A stretch of DNA of 64,000 nucleotides. Source: Malacoraja senta (Eukaryota). How positions within the stretch are numbered: position 1 is the first letter of the stretch; every line of letters starts with the position of its first letter. Under the pieces are notes generated by a model. It did no database searches. It worked only from the letters and a program-made list of their open reading frames with translations, and was not told the DNA's origin. Both the position numbers and the translations under genes were made by a program. The DNA lies in contig CM075990.1 of assembly GCA_038087875.1 (NCBI GenBank), positions 4,342,001-4,406,000 on the forward strand, read 5' to 3'. Shown one piece after another: positions 36,973 through 49,495 of the stretch.

Positions 36973-39315
36973 AATAGAAAACATAGACATAGAAAATAGG
37001 TGCAGGAGTAGGCCATTCGGCCCTTCGAGCCTGCACCGCCATTCAATATGATCATGGCTGATCATCCAGCTCAGTATCCTGTACCTGCTTTCTCTCCATA
37101 CCTCCTGATCCCTTTAGCCACAAGGGCCACATCTAACTCCCTCTTAAATATTGCCAATGAACTGGCCTCAACTACCTTCTGTGGCAGAGAATTCCAGAGA
37201 TTCACCACTCTCCGTGTGAAAAATGTTTTCCTCATCTCAGTCCTAAAAGATTTCCCCCTTATCCTTAAACTGTGACCCCTTGTTCTGGACTTCCCCAACA
37301 TCGGGAACAATCTTCCTGCATCTAGCCTGTCCAACCCCTTAAGAATTTTGTAAGTTTCTATAAGATCCCCCCCTCAGTCTTCTGAATTCCAACGTGTACA
37401 AGCCGAGTCTATCCAGTCTTTCTTCATATGAAAGTCCTGACATCCCAGGAATCAGTCTGGTGAACCTTCTCTGTACTCCCTCTATGGCAAGAATGTCTTT
37501 CCTCGGATTAGGAGACCAAAACTGTACGCAATACTCCAGGTGTGGTCTCACCAAGACCCTGTACAACTGCAGTAGAACCTCCCTGCTCCTATACTCAAAT
37601 CCTTTTGCTATGAATGCTAACATACCATTCGCCTTCTTCACTGCCTGCTGCACCTGCATGCCTACTTTTAATGACACCATGGTTTCGTTGCATCTCCCCT
37701 TTTCCTAATCGGCCACCATTCAGATAATAGTCTACTTTCTTAATTACTCTGGGATGCAGCCTATCTGGCCCTGGGGATTTATCGGCCTTTAATCCATTCA
37801 ATTTACCTAACACCACTTCCTGGCTAGCCTGGATTTCACTCGGTTCCTCCATCTCATTTGACCCCCGGTCCCCTGCTATTTCCGGCAGATTATTTATGTC
37901 TTCCTTAGTGAAGACAGAACCAAAGTAGTTATTCAATTGGTCTGCCATGTCCTTGTTTCCCATGATCAATTCACCTGTTTCTGACTGCAAGGGACCTACA
38001 TTTGTTTTAACTAATCTTTTTCTCTTCACATATGTATTATAGCTTTTGCAGTCAGTTTTTATGTTCCCTGCCAGTTTTCTTTCATAATCTATTTTCCCTT
38101 TCCTAATTAAGCCCTTTGTCCTCCTCTGCTGGACTCTGAATTTCTACCAGTCCTCTGGTAGGCTGCTTTTTCTGGCTAATTTGTACGCTTCATCTTTTGT
38201 TTTGATACTATCCCTGATTTCCCTTGTTATCCATGGATGCACTACCTTCCCTGATTTATTTTTTTGCCAAACTGGGATGAACAATTGTTGTAGTTCATCC
38301 ATGCAGTCTTTAAATGCCTTCCATTGCATATCTACCGTCAACCCATTAAGAATCAATTGCCAGTCTATCTTGGCCAATTCACTTTTCATACCCTCAAAGT
38401 TACCTTTCTTTAAGTTCAGGACCCTTGTTTCTGAATTAACAATGTCACTCTCCATCCTAATGAAGAACTCAACCATATTATGGTCACTCTTGCCCAAGGG
38501 GGAAGCGTTGCTCTCTAACCAGCAACGCACAACAAGACTGATAACTAACCCTTCCTCATTACTCAATACCCAATCTAGAATAGCCTGCTCTCTCGTTGGT
38601 TCCTCCACATGTTGGTTTAGAAAACTATCCCGCATACATTCCAAGAAATCCTCTTCCTCAGCACCCTTGCCAATTTGATTCACCCAATCTATATGTAGAT
38701 TGAAGTCACCCATTATAACTGTTTTACCTTTGTTGCATGCATTTCTAATTTCCTGTTTGATGCCATCCCCAACTCCACTACTACTGTTAGGTGGCCTGTA
38801 CACAACTCCAACTAGCGTTTTCTGCCCCTTAGTGTTTCGCAGCTCTACCCATATCGATTCCACATCCTCCAAGCTAATGTCCTTCATTTCTATTGCGTTA
38901 ATCTGCTCTCTAACCAGCAACGCTACCCCACCTCCTTTCCCTTTCTGTCTATCCCTCCTGAATATTGAATATCCCTAGATGTTCAGCTCCCAGCCTTGGT
39001 TACCCTGGAGCCATGTCTCCCTCATTTTACACCCCATTAATAGCTATCTGCACATTCAACTCATCCTCCTTATTCTATGCCTTGTAAGGTGTCCTTGGGT
39101 TTTAGAAAGGCGCCAGTAAATAAAATGAATTATTATTATTATTATTATTACGAATGCTCCTTGCATTGAGACACAAAGCCTTCAGGCTTGTTTTTACAAC
39201 ACTTATACAATTATGTTGAAAAGTGGCCCTTTTTTATTTTTGCCCTGCATTTGTCTGCCTGCCACTTTTACTTTTCACCTTGCTACCTATTGCTTCTACC
39301 CTCATTTTACACCCC
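36973..39315 (-). mobile_element. CR1 LINE with AP-endonuclease domain and internal deletion of the RT core
   Basis: APE motifs GVVYRPP, IMGDFN, ILDWVL, GKSDHN (38144-38920); near 37740 LHPRVI joins directly to KKVDYYLNG, skipping the RT core; tail at 36973-37070. Confidence 0.9.
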
Positions 39316-41966
39316 TCTGGCTATTTCCTCTCTATTTTTATCTGGATGAAGGGTCTCAATTGAAATGTCAACTCCCCAATTCCCATCACAAATGTTCTTC
39401 CAGTAGCTCTCCCTTTTCCCTACATTTTGGCACTGACAGACATCCAGAATATATGCTAAGTTGTTCTATAGAGAGAGAATGTAGCCATCCATGCCTTTGG
39501 TGCTCTATATTAATAATCTAGCAAATGTTCCGTATATAAGCATGCATATCGAAAATAATCTGAACCAAATCAGACACCATAACATGCATATAAGAAAGCT
39601 GGCAGTGCATATTTGAATTTTATCCTGGGCGCTGTAATTGGGCCGTTGAATTATATTGCAATCTTTTCCTGCAGACATAACTATGTTAGTTAATTGTATC
39701 AATATTTTGTGGGGCAGTTGCATTCACTCATTAAAAGATGTGTGATTTCATACAATGGCACATTTTTTGTCATCTTTCAAGTTGCTTACCAAGCAATCAA
39801 GTTGCAGCACACATTTGTTTCGATGGACTTGTACCTTGCCCTAAATTTGTAGTAGTCGTGCACACATTCCTTGGAGCATATTCTTTGCTACCCCTTTGTC
39901 AACTTCCTCACCAGTTGTAAAACGGAAACAATAGAGGAATATCATTCATAACATTTCATGTGCTGTCAAGGAATTCCCACAGCAAATTTTACTTCCTGCT
40001 GATTAGTTCACTTTGTTTAAGGTTCTGATTTCTGCTTCACATGGATAGTCAAGCATCCCATAGAAAGATTAATCAATTGCTTCAGGTTAAGGGAATCCCT
40101 GGATTATGAAAGATTTGACTTCTAGAAATCCGTCTTTTTGAAAATTCAACCGTAAGTTTAAAAAATATTTTTCAAGATTATTTCATGTTACTCACAAACA
40201 ACTGAATATAATGTATAATCCATTAGTTTAATTATGAGTCATGGTAGGCTGTATGTTTAATTGATTGAAAGAATTCTTGGAAGTTTATGTGGGATATTCA
40301 AGAAATCCTCTTCCTCAGCACCCTTGCCAATTTGATTCACCCAATCTATATGTAGATTGAAGTCACCCATTATAACTGTTTTACCTTTGTTGCATGCATT
40401 TCTAATTTCCTGTTTGATGCCATCCCCAACTCCACTACTACTGTTAGGTGGCCTGTACACAACTCCAACTAGCGTTTTCTGCCCCTTAGTGTTTCGCAGC
40501 TCTACCCATATCGATTCCACATCCTCCAAGCTAATGTCCTTCATTTCTATTGCGTTAATCTGCTCTCTAACCAGCAACGCTACCCCACCTCCTTTCCCTT
40601 TCTGTCTATCCCTCCTGAATATTGAATATCCCTAGATGTTCAGCTCCCAGCCTTGGTTACCCTGGAGCCATGTCTCCGTGATCCCAACTATATCATAGTC
40701 ATTAATAGCTATCTGCACATTCAACTCATCCTCCTTATTCTATGCCTTGTAAGGTGTCCTTGGGTTTTAGAAAGGCGCCAGTAAATAAAATGAATTATTA
40801 TTATTATTATTATTACGAATGCTCCTTGCATTGAGACACAAAGCCTTCAGGCTTGTTTTTACAACACTTATACAATTATGTTGAAAAGTGGCCCTTTTTT
40901 ATTTTTGCCCTGCATTTGTCTGCCTGCCACTTTTACTTTTCACCTTGCTACCTATTGCTTCTACCCTCATTTTACACCCCTCTGGCTATTTCCTCTCTAT
41001 TTTTATCTGGATGAAGGGTCTCAATTGAAATGTCAACTCCCCAATTCCCATCACAAATGTTCTTCCAGTAGCTCTCCCTTTTCCCTACATTTTGGCACTG
41101 ACAGACATCCAGAATATATGCTAAGTTGTTCTATAGAGAGAGAATGTAGCCATCCATGCCTTTGGTGCTCTATATTAATAATCTAGCAAATGTTCCGTAT
41201 ATAAGCATGCATATCGAAAATAATCTGAACCAAATCAGACACCATAACATGCATATAAGAAAGCTGGCAGTGCATATTTGAATTTTATCCTGGGCGCTGT
41301 AATTGGGCCGTTGAATTATATTGCAATCTTTTCCTGCAGACATAACTATGTTAGTTAATTGTATCAATATTTTGTGGGGCAGTTGCATTCACTCATTAAA
41401 AGATGTGTGATTTCATACAATGGCACATTTTTTGTCATCTTTCAAGTTGCTTACCAAGCAATCAAGTTGCAGCACACATTTGTTTCGATGGACTTGTACC
41501 TTGCCCTAAATTTGTAGTAGTCGTGCACACATTCCTTGGAGCATATTCTTTGCTACCCCTTTGTCAACTTCCTCACCAGTTGTAAAACGGAAACAATAGA
41601 GGAATATCATTCATAACATTTCATGTGCTGTCAAGGAATTCCCACAGCAAATTTTACTTCCTGCTGATTAGTTCACTTTGTTTAAGGTTCTGATTTCTGC
41701 TTCACATGGATAGTCAAGCATCCCATAGAAAGATTAATCAATTGCTTCAGGTTAAGGGAATCCCTGGATTATGAAAGATTTGACTTCTAGAAATCCGTCT
41801 TTTTGAAAATTCAACCGTAAGTTTAAAAAATATTTTTCAAGATTATTTCATGTTACTCACAAACAACTGAATATAATGTATAATCCATTAGTTTAATTAT
41901 GAGTCATGGTAGGCTGTATGTTTAATTGATTGAAAGAATTCTTGGAAGTTTATGTGGGATATTCAA
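38642..41966 (+). repeat. Tandem duplication, two ~1.66 kb near-identical units
   Basis: 38642-40298 repeated at 40299-41966; identical ORF translations offset by 1657 then 1665 bp; junction microhomology CAA. Confidence 0.95.
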
Positions 41967-41983
41967 AACAGTGCAACTATTGT

Positions 41984-42470
41984 ACAATACGATATGATAC
42001 GATAAACTTTATTCATCCCCGGAGGGAAATAGGTCTTCCAACAGTAACAACACACAACAAGGTACACACAAACTTGAAATTAAAAGCGAAAAAAAAAAGA
42101 AAAGGACAAGCGACTGTTGGCTGGCTGCCGTGTGCACAGCGCCTTACCCGGAACGACCCCGAATCAACAAATAAATAAAGGAACGTAGACTTATCCCCTG
42201 GGAAGAGGATTCTAAAACTACAGTGCTCCCACCCCCTTTGTTTTCCCACTGTCCCTCACGGCGGTCCCCTCACGCCGGGTCTTCCATTGTTCTTCACGGC
42301 GGTCCCCCACGCCGGGTCCCCATTGTCTTTCCCCCCGCCCCCCACCACCACAGAGATTCCTGCTGCTGAGGATCCCATCATCTCCGCCGCTGAGGCTCCT
42401 TTGGCCCAGACAGGCCTCTCCGTAGTTCCCTGGGAGGCCTGTGGGGCGAGTCGGGCTCTAACGTTCTGGG
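41984..42470 (-). mobile_element. GC-rich non-autonomous retroelement fragment, family D
   Basis: (GATAC)n tail with ccctccggggatgaataaag; contains the GGCGC...GGCAGCCAGCCAACAG motif at ~42113-42143. Confidence 0.55.
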
Positions 42471-43794
42471 TGTCTGTAAAGCTTTGACCTCAGTAAAGTT
42501 GTGACTTCAGAGAGTTGAAAGATTGCTAACAATCCAGTTTATACATTTGTATTTATTACAAACTGGCGGCACAGTGGCTGAGTGGTTGAGCAGCTGCCTT
42601 CAGTGCCAGAGACCTGGGTTTGATCTTGAACAAGTGGCGTTCATATGTTTTACCTGTGACCATGTGGGTTTTCTCCGGGTACTATATATATTTTTTAAAG
42701 ACACTAAAGGATGTCCTAAGTCGGCCATAATGTGGCTAATATTATTGCAATGCAAAACCCAAACATGAATACAATGCTGAGGATACTCCAGAACACATGG
42801 AATATCACAAATTTGGACTGACAGTAGATGTAAGCATCTAATCAATGCCATAAGCTTTCCAAGACAACCAAGGCATTTTTTTCAGCAAACATCCATTCAG
42901 ATGCCATAGCTTTTGGGTTCAGCAGTTGCAGAGGATATTTTATTAACATACAAGCTGGCGCACTCTTCAAAAAGTAAGAATTAAGACACAAAAGACTGCA
43001 GATGCCGTACTCTCGAGTAAAACACAAAGTGCTGGAAGAACTCGGTGGGTTAGGCATACTCTGTAAAGGCACGATAAGAATAGCTGGTTATTCTAGCAGA
43101 CAGACAAGCCTTCATCTGTTTACCCACAATTGAAAGTATTTGAAATAACATCTAAATTGATTTACAAGATCTTTATTCACCATTACTTTAATTTTATTAC
43201 TGGTTCCAAAATGTTGGCACATAGGATTACAAATATCATGCAACGCTTTATGCTAAAGAAATTTGAATTTGCCCTTCCTTTCCTTCCTCCTTATAGTTTA
43301 TTGTTTTGAGTTCTCAAGTGATAATTGCTTTTATGTGGTAGTCACTGTCAGGCTGTTTATGATTGGTCCCCAATGCAAATTATATTTCTTTACTCCCTTT
43401 CACTGGTAACTAACTAAAATCAAACCCATATTGTTCACAATCTTGATGGCCTTTATGACACCAAAATGGCTTTACAATCCTAGGCAAGGTTACAGGGGAA
43501 TGAATCTGATTCCACTCGTGTGAGCTCAACAGCTGCTAAAAGTCTCATCCATGCCTATGCCATCAGACTTGGCTTTTCCAGTGAATTCCCAGCTGGCCTC
43601 TCATATTTAGTCACCTTCAAATGTGAGATCATTTAAAACTCTACTGCCTCTGCCCAAAGTTGCAGCAAATCTTGGACGCCATCACTTGCGTTTGTAGTTA
43701 ATGCCCAATGTTGCCGTCCAGCACTGTCTCACCCTCTCTCTATTTGTAACTCCTGTTTAAAAGGCTATGAAACACTTCTGAAATCCTTGTCTTG

Positions 43795-44332
43795 AGGGCC
43801 TGTCCCACTTGGCCGTCATTGGCGCGCCATTTACGTGACCTGGTAGTGTGTGGGTAGCGCGGGACGGGCACATAGAGTGGCGTGGAGTTGCGCGCGGTAT
43901 CGCGCAGAGCTCCAGGATTTTTTTCTGGATGAAATCTTCGCGCACAACTGGCCTGTCGCGAAAATGACGGCCAAGTGGGACACTCTGGCGCGGCACAACG
44001 TCTCACCTCCAACAGCAGCAGAAGCAGGCAAGCGATCGCCGAGCTCGGCCTGGGGCTCACGGCCGTTGCGGATCTGGATCCACCCCCACTCCAACTCCCA
44101 GAGCGGGGCCAAGACGATTGGAGATGGATATGAGACTGAAGAAGTCTCGATCCGAAACATCATCCATTCCTTCTCGCCAGAGATGCTGCCGGTCCCGCTG
44201 AGTTACTCCTGCATTTTGTGTCCATCTTCAAATGACGTCACGTGCTCCAGACGGCTGTGCGGATGCATGATGATGCGCGCGACCGTCGCTACCGGCCTGT
44301 CGCGTAAATGACGGCCACGTGGAACAAGCCTT
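43795..44332. mobile_element. Harbinger-like MITE with duplicated right end, inserted in an old L2 fragment (~43540-44560)
   Basis: AGGGCCTGTCCCACTTGGCCGTCATT at left; complementary ends at ~43963-43982 and 44307-44332; Penelope fragment inside at ~44134-44230. Confidence 0.7.
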
Positions 44333-46519
44333 TTATGTTCTATCATTAATGACCATGCTTTCAAATGCAAAGGCTTTGAGCTCTGAAATTCTCCTCCTAA
44401 ATCTGCATCACCACCTTTCTCTTTTTGTTTAGGTGATCCTGTAAAATACACCCCTTTGACCAATATTTAGGAACTCTTGTTAATGTCTTCTTAATGTAAC
44501 TTGGTAACATATTGTTTGATGATGTGCCTGCAAAGCACATTGACAGCTATGTAAATTGAAATTGGTGTTGTCAAGCAAACACCAGCAAAAAAGTCTGAAA
44601 AGGGGTCCAGGCCCGAACCATCACCTATCTATCCATTTTCTCCAGAGATGCTGCCTGACCCACTGAGTTGCTCTATCATTTTGTGTCTATCTATGTTATA
44701 TTCATCAGTCTGGATAAATTGATTTTGCTACTCAAGTTGGGTAATCCCTGACAGTAATTTACATTTTGCACAAACTTAGTTTGCATGCGGTTTCTGTGTA
44801 CAGTACCGCATTTTCTGATGCAAATAGAACCTGCTGCTTTGTTGGGTTATCATCCCTGTTAAATGAAGATGAACATGTAAACAGCATTTACTTGAGAGTA
44901 TTCAACATTGGTATTTATAACTATAAAGAAACGGAAAGAAAAAGTTGCAAGTGTGTTGGTTATGCAAAAAAACACTGGAATTTATGGTATTGTAGAATTC
45001 TGTTTGATTCATTGAGGCTGCTGCTGAAGTTTGATTCATCTTATTGAATTCATGTTGAACTGTAATGCTTCCTGAGTAGAAGAGAAAAATAGGTAGCAAC
45101 ATCCAGCCACAATGATGTTACTCTTGTCATTCCTCAGCAGACAATTAATGATGACATTGGTTTGGTACCGGCGTCAGGCTGACTGCCTATTGTCTCCTTA
45201 GCATGGATGAGGTATTGCGCATTTAAAGTGAAAAAACCTGGAAAAGGTAAAACAAATTCAAGGCAAAAATAATTCAAAGTTTTATGTTTATTTCCTGCAA
45301 TTGATAGGTATCAATGATCAGAGCGTATCAACAATTTGAATGGCAGTAATTGCAACAATATTTACATTATTTTAGTTTAATTTGATCATGTTTTCCTTCA
45401 TCTAATTTTCCTTTTCTAAGTTGATTGCATACATTATGCCCTCTCAGAACCAATAGATCTTTTAGATTGATGGCTGAAACATGTTGGATGTACTTATTCT
45501 CTCTATCTGTATAATTGCCTTTTCCTCTCGTCAGCTTCAGCAGCCACTTTATTTTTTCAGTTAAATATGACATTTTGTTGTCTATGTGGTGGCAAGTCTG
45601 GACCAGCATGTTTACAGTGGGATAGAATCAACGACCTTTGTGATGAGGAGAGTATCACAGTTGAGTTCCAGCGAGCTCTTTCCAGGGTGCATGGATTAGC
45701 TACTTCTTTCGTTAGCTGTCTTAACTCTTGGGTTCATCCCATCGGGCTATTGATGGTCTCAACAACGGGGATCGTCAAGTTGCCTATTAGGTGCTGTCTG
45801 AAAAGAGCTATCTTTGAAGGTTCTTGAGACCTTCAGTTGATTTTCTTGTGGTGTTTGCTGACGCCATTATTTTGTTGACGATAACAGAACGGGTTCGGTA
45901 GTGGTCAGTCTGGTGTGGTAATTATGGATATCATTGTGGTTTCTCACATCTGTCAGTGTTATCAACTGACAGATACCAGTGCCTGTCTTGACAGTGTTAT
46001 CATAAGATCTTGCACTTGTTTATCGTACAAAACTGTGTTGGTTTTGACAACGTGCTGTTCCAAACATTTTGTCTGGAGCAGGACTTCATTGAGAGATTGG
46101 ATTTTCCCATTCTCTTATCTGTCACACCTTTCCAAAGGATTGCATCCTCTCTTCCCCTGGCATTAAAGGTTTTATTGGTAGTCTTGTGGAATGTAGACCA
46201 ATGTATTTTCAAAGCTGAATGTTATGAGATCCTACAGTGAGAGATCCTACAGTGAGTCACTAAGATGCCAGACCAGCACAATCCGGACGGCATGGCACAT
46301 TTTGTAAAGACACCAGAGTGCTCCTGGTGTACCTGCTGCCTTGTTCTTTGACCTAGCCATTAGCTGGCCATTGGGTCTTGCTGAAGGTGGTTATCTCACT
46401 GTCAGAACATCTGGATTATGATAGCAGAGAGAAGTTCAGAACTGGTGCTATTGGGATTGTGCATAATAGTCTCGATATTACAGACCCCCAACCTTCATGT
46501 TTGTTTTGATTCATTGATT

Positions 46520-46812
46520 GAAAGATACAAGAAGGAAGCACGCCCTTCAGTCCACCGAGTCAACGCCGACCATCAATCACCTGGTCACACTAGTTCTATG
46601 TTATCCCACTTTTGCATCCTCTCTTTACACCCTAGGGAAATTTACAGAGGCCAATCAATCTACAAACCCGCATGTCTTTGGTACATGGGAGAAAACTGGA
46701 GCATCTGGAGGAAACCCATGAGGTCACGGGGGATGTGCAAACTCCACGCTGACAGCACCCGAGATCAGGATTAACCCTAGATCTCTGGTACTGTGAGGCA
46801 GCAGCTCTACTC
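46520..46812 (-). mobile_element. HE1-like V-SINE, diverged
   Basis: Reverse complement matches 311-598 across head, V domain and tail. Confidence 0.75.
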
Positions 46813-47375
46813 TTATAAGATGGGATGGGTGTGCACCCCAGAGCAAAATGGCAACTTAATTGGCTATTAAGGCTATTAATTGGTTAATGAGGCTATTCAA
46901 AAATCAATAGATACCAAGCTCTGTTGCATGGACATGAACATGCGTGCGCACAAGCAAATTTGTACATAGCCATTCCTCCTCTCTCTCCTTGCATCAATGT
47001 CCCTCCATCAAACAACCTCCCTTAGCCCTCATTTTCCTCATCCTGTCTCTTATTCTGCCACCTGGTCTCTTCCTTCATTCCCTGCTGCAGGTCCCCCCTC
47101 TCCTCTGGGTGCACTACCTTCCCATCTCTGCAGCCCCTCTCCCCCTGCTGCCTTCCTCCTTCACACCCACCCCAACTTCCACATACATACACACTGCCTA
47201 ATTCTGCCACTAACTGCTTTCCTTTGCCTCTTCCCTTTTGGCTCAATTCCCTTGGCTGCCAATTTCCCCTGTTCTCTACTCCTGGGTGGAAATGTGGGGA
47301 GACCTGGTAATTTTGCTGCACTGAAATTATTTTCCTTAGTTACACTTTAAAAACAACGGACTTTAGGATATACTT

Positions 47376-47650
47376 GTGTAAGAAGGAACTGCAGATGCTG
47401 GTTTAAACCGAAGATAGACAGAAAAAGCTGGAGTAACTCAGCGGGACAGGCAGCATCTCTGGAGAGAAGGAATGGGTGACTGAACGTCCATCGTAAAGAT
47501 GAGGGAGTGGGGGCTCAAAGTGCAAGTCATTAAAGGGACGAAGGACATGTGAGGTATCTTGGAAATAGGTCGGGTGAGATTGGACCAGGGGGGATAGGAT
47601 GGAGTCGAGGTACGTGGAAATCAATTCCCTGGGACAGGAGCATGTGCAGA
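47376..47650 (-). mobile_element. Penelope RT fragment fused to terminal-repeat fragment
   Basis: CSCPRELISTYLDSILSPLVQSHPTYFQDTSH is a PLE RT-type segment; joined at ~47480 to gtcacccattccttctctccagagatgctgcc. Confidence 0.65.
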
Positions 47651-47670
47651 CCAACTGGCTGGAGTTTTTT

Positions 47671-48009
47671 TTTTTTTTTTAATAATATTTTTATTAGAAG
47701 CATATACATATCGTAATCAAAACACAATTTGTTTATCAATTACATATTGTTAGTAGCTGGGATCCCAGCTATCAAAATCCTTGTTTATCAATTACATATT
47801 AACACTGCTTCTGATTGTTTATTTTTATTTATAGATAGAAAGAAAGGAATAAAAAAGATGAAAAAATAGAATAAATTACCAATAATACAGCTTAGGAGAT
47901 AGGTCCGTAGAATATAAAACGTAACTATTCATCTAATCTTGGATTCAAGTTTCAGTCAGGCTTCCGTGCTGGACCAATTTACCCTTTCAGAAAGTCAATA
48001 AATGGAGAC
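47671..48009 (-). mobile_element. L1-like 3' end with poly(A) and long TSD
   Basis: Poly(T) 47666-47680 with TTTATT nearby; CCAACTGGCTGGAGTTTTT at ~47651-47669 and ~48010-48028; minus strand SPFIDFLKG*. Confidence 0.65.
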
Positions 48010-49495
48010 CCAACTGGCTGGAGTTTTTACGGACATTTTCAACTTCTCACTTCTGAGGTCTGAGGTTCCCACCTGCTTCAAAAGGGCATCAATTATACCG
48101 GTGCCCAAGAAGAGCAAGGTGACGTGCCTCAATGACTATCGACCAGTGGCACTAACGTCTGTGGTGATGAAGTGCTTTGAGAGGTTGATCATGGCGCAAA
48201 TCAACTCCTACCTCGACAAAAACTTGGACCCTCTGCAATTCGCTTACCGCCACAACTGATCAACGGTGGATGCGATCTCGCTGGCTCTCCACTCTGCTCT
48301 GGACCACTTCACTTGGACAACAAAAACTCATATGTCAGGCTGTTATTCATTGATTACAGCTCGGCATTTAATACAATCATCCCCTCCAAGCTGGTTACCA
48401 AACTCGCAGAACTGAGTCTCTGCGCATCCTTCTGCAATTGGATCCTCGACTTCGTCATTCACAGACCACAGTCAGTTCATATTGGAGGAAAAGTGTCAGC
48501 CTCGATAACAATCAGCACGGGAGCACCTCAAGGCTGCGTGCTTAGCCCCCTGCTGTACTCACTCTATACTCATGACTGCGTAGCTGGTCATAGTGCGAAC
48601 TCCATCATCAAGTTCGCTGACGATACCACTGTTGTGGGACGTATCACTGATGGGGACGAGTCAGAGTACAGAAGTGAGATCGACCGACTGACCAAATGGT
48701 GCCAGCACAAAAACCTGGCCCTCAACGCCAGCAAAACCAAGGAACTGATTGTGGACTTTGGAAGGAGTAGGATGTGGACCCACAGTCCCGTTTATATCAA
48801 CGGGTCGATGGTTGAAAGGGTCAAGAGCTTCAAATTCCTGGGCGTGCATATCTCTGAAGATCTTTCCTGGTCCGAGAACACGGATGCAATCATAAAGAAA
48901 GCACATCAGCGCCTCTACTTCCTGAGAAGATTACGGAGAGTCGGTATGTCAAGGAGGACTCTCTCTAACTTCTACAGGTGCTCAGTAGCGAGCATGCTGA
49001 CTGGCTGACTTGGTTGGAAAACTTGAGCGCCCTGGAGCGGAAAAGACTACAATGAGTAGTAAACACTGCCCAGTCCATCATCGGCCCTGACCTCCTGTCC
49101 ATCGAGGGGATCTATCACAGTCGCTGCCTCAAAAAGGCTGGCAGCATCATCAAGGACCCACACCATCCGGGCCATACATTCATCTGCCCACTACCTTCAG
49201 GTAGAAGGTACAGGAGCCTGAAGCCTGCAACGACCAGGTTCAGGAATAGCTACTTCCCCACAGCCATCAGGCTATTAAACTCGGCTCGGACAAAACTCTG
49301 AACATTAATAGCCCATAATCTGTTTATTTGCACTTTATCTGTTTTATTTATTCATGTGTGTATATATTTACACAATGGTATATGGACACACTGATCTGTT
49401 CTGTATTTGTGCCCACTATGTTCTGGTGTGCTAAAGCAAAGCAAGAATTTCATTGTCCTATCAGGGACACATGACAAACTCTCTTGAACTTGAAC
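48010..49495 (+). mobile_element. Rex1/Babar-like LINE, RT region to tail, with stops
   Basis: [56 protein letters not shown]; (CTTGAA)n tail. Confidence 0.9.

Noticed and set aside
38181..38978. Plus-strand ORFs over CR1 (also 29879-30760, 37394-37708, 56580-57245)
   Set aside because: Antisense shadows of CR1 ORF2, recurring at each copy.
45570..46240. Coding-looking stretch, possible endogenous viral or retroelement remnant, with a 10 bp hairpin at 45948-45974
   Set aside because: No motif I can recognise and only short ORFs; needs tBLASTx.
46226..46255. 15 bp tandem duplication gagatcctacagtga x2
   Set aside because: Ordinary slippage-type duplication with no further structure.
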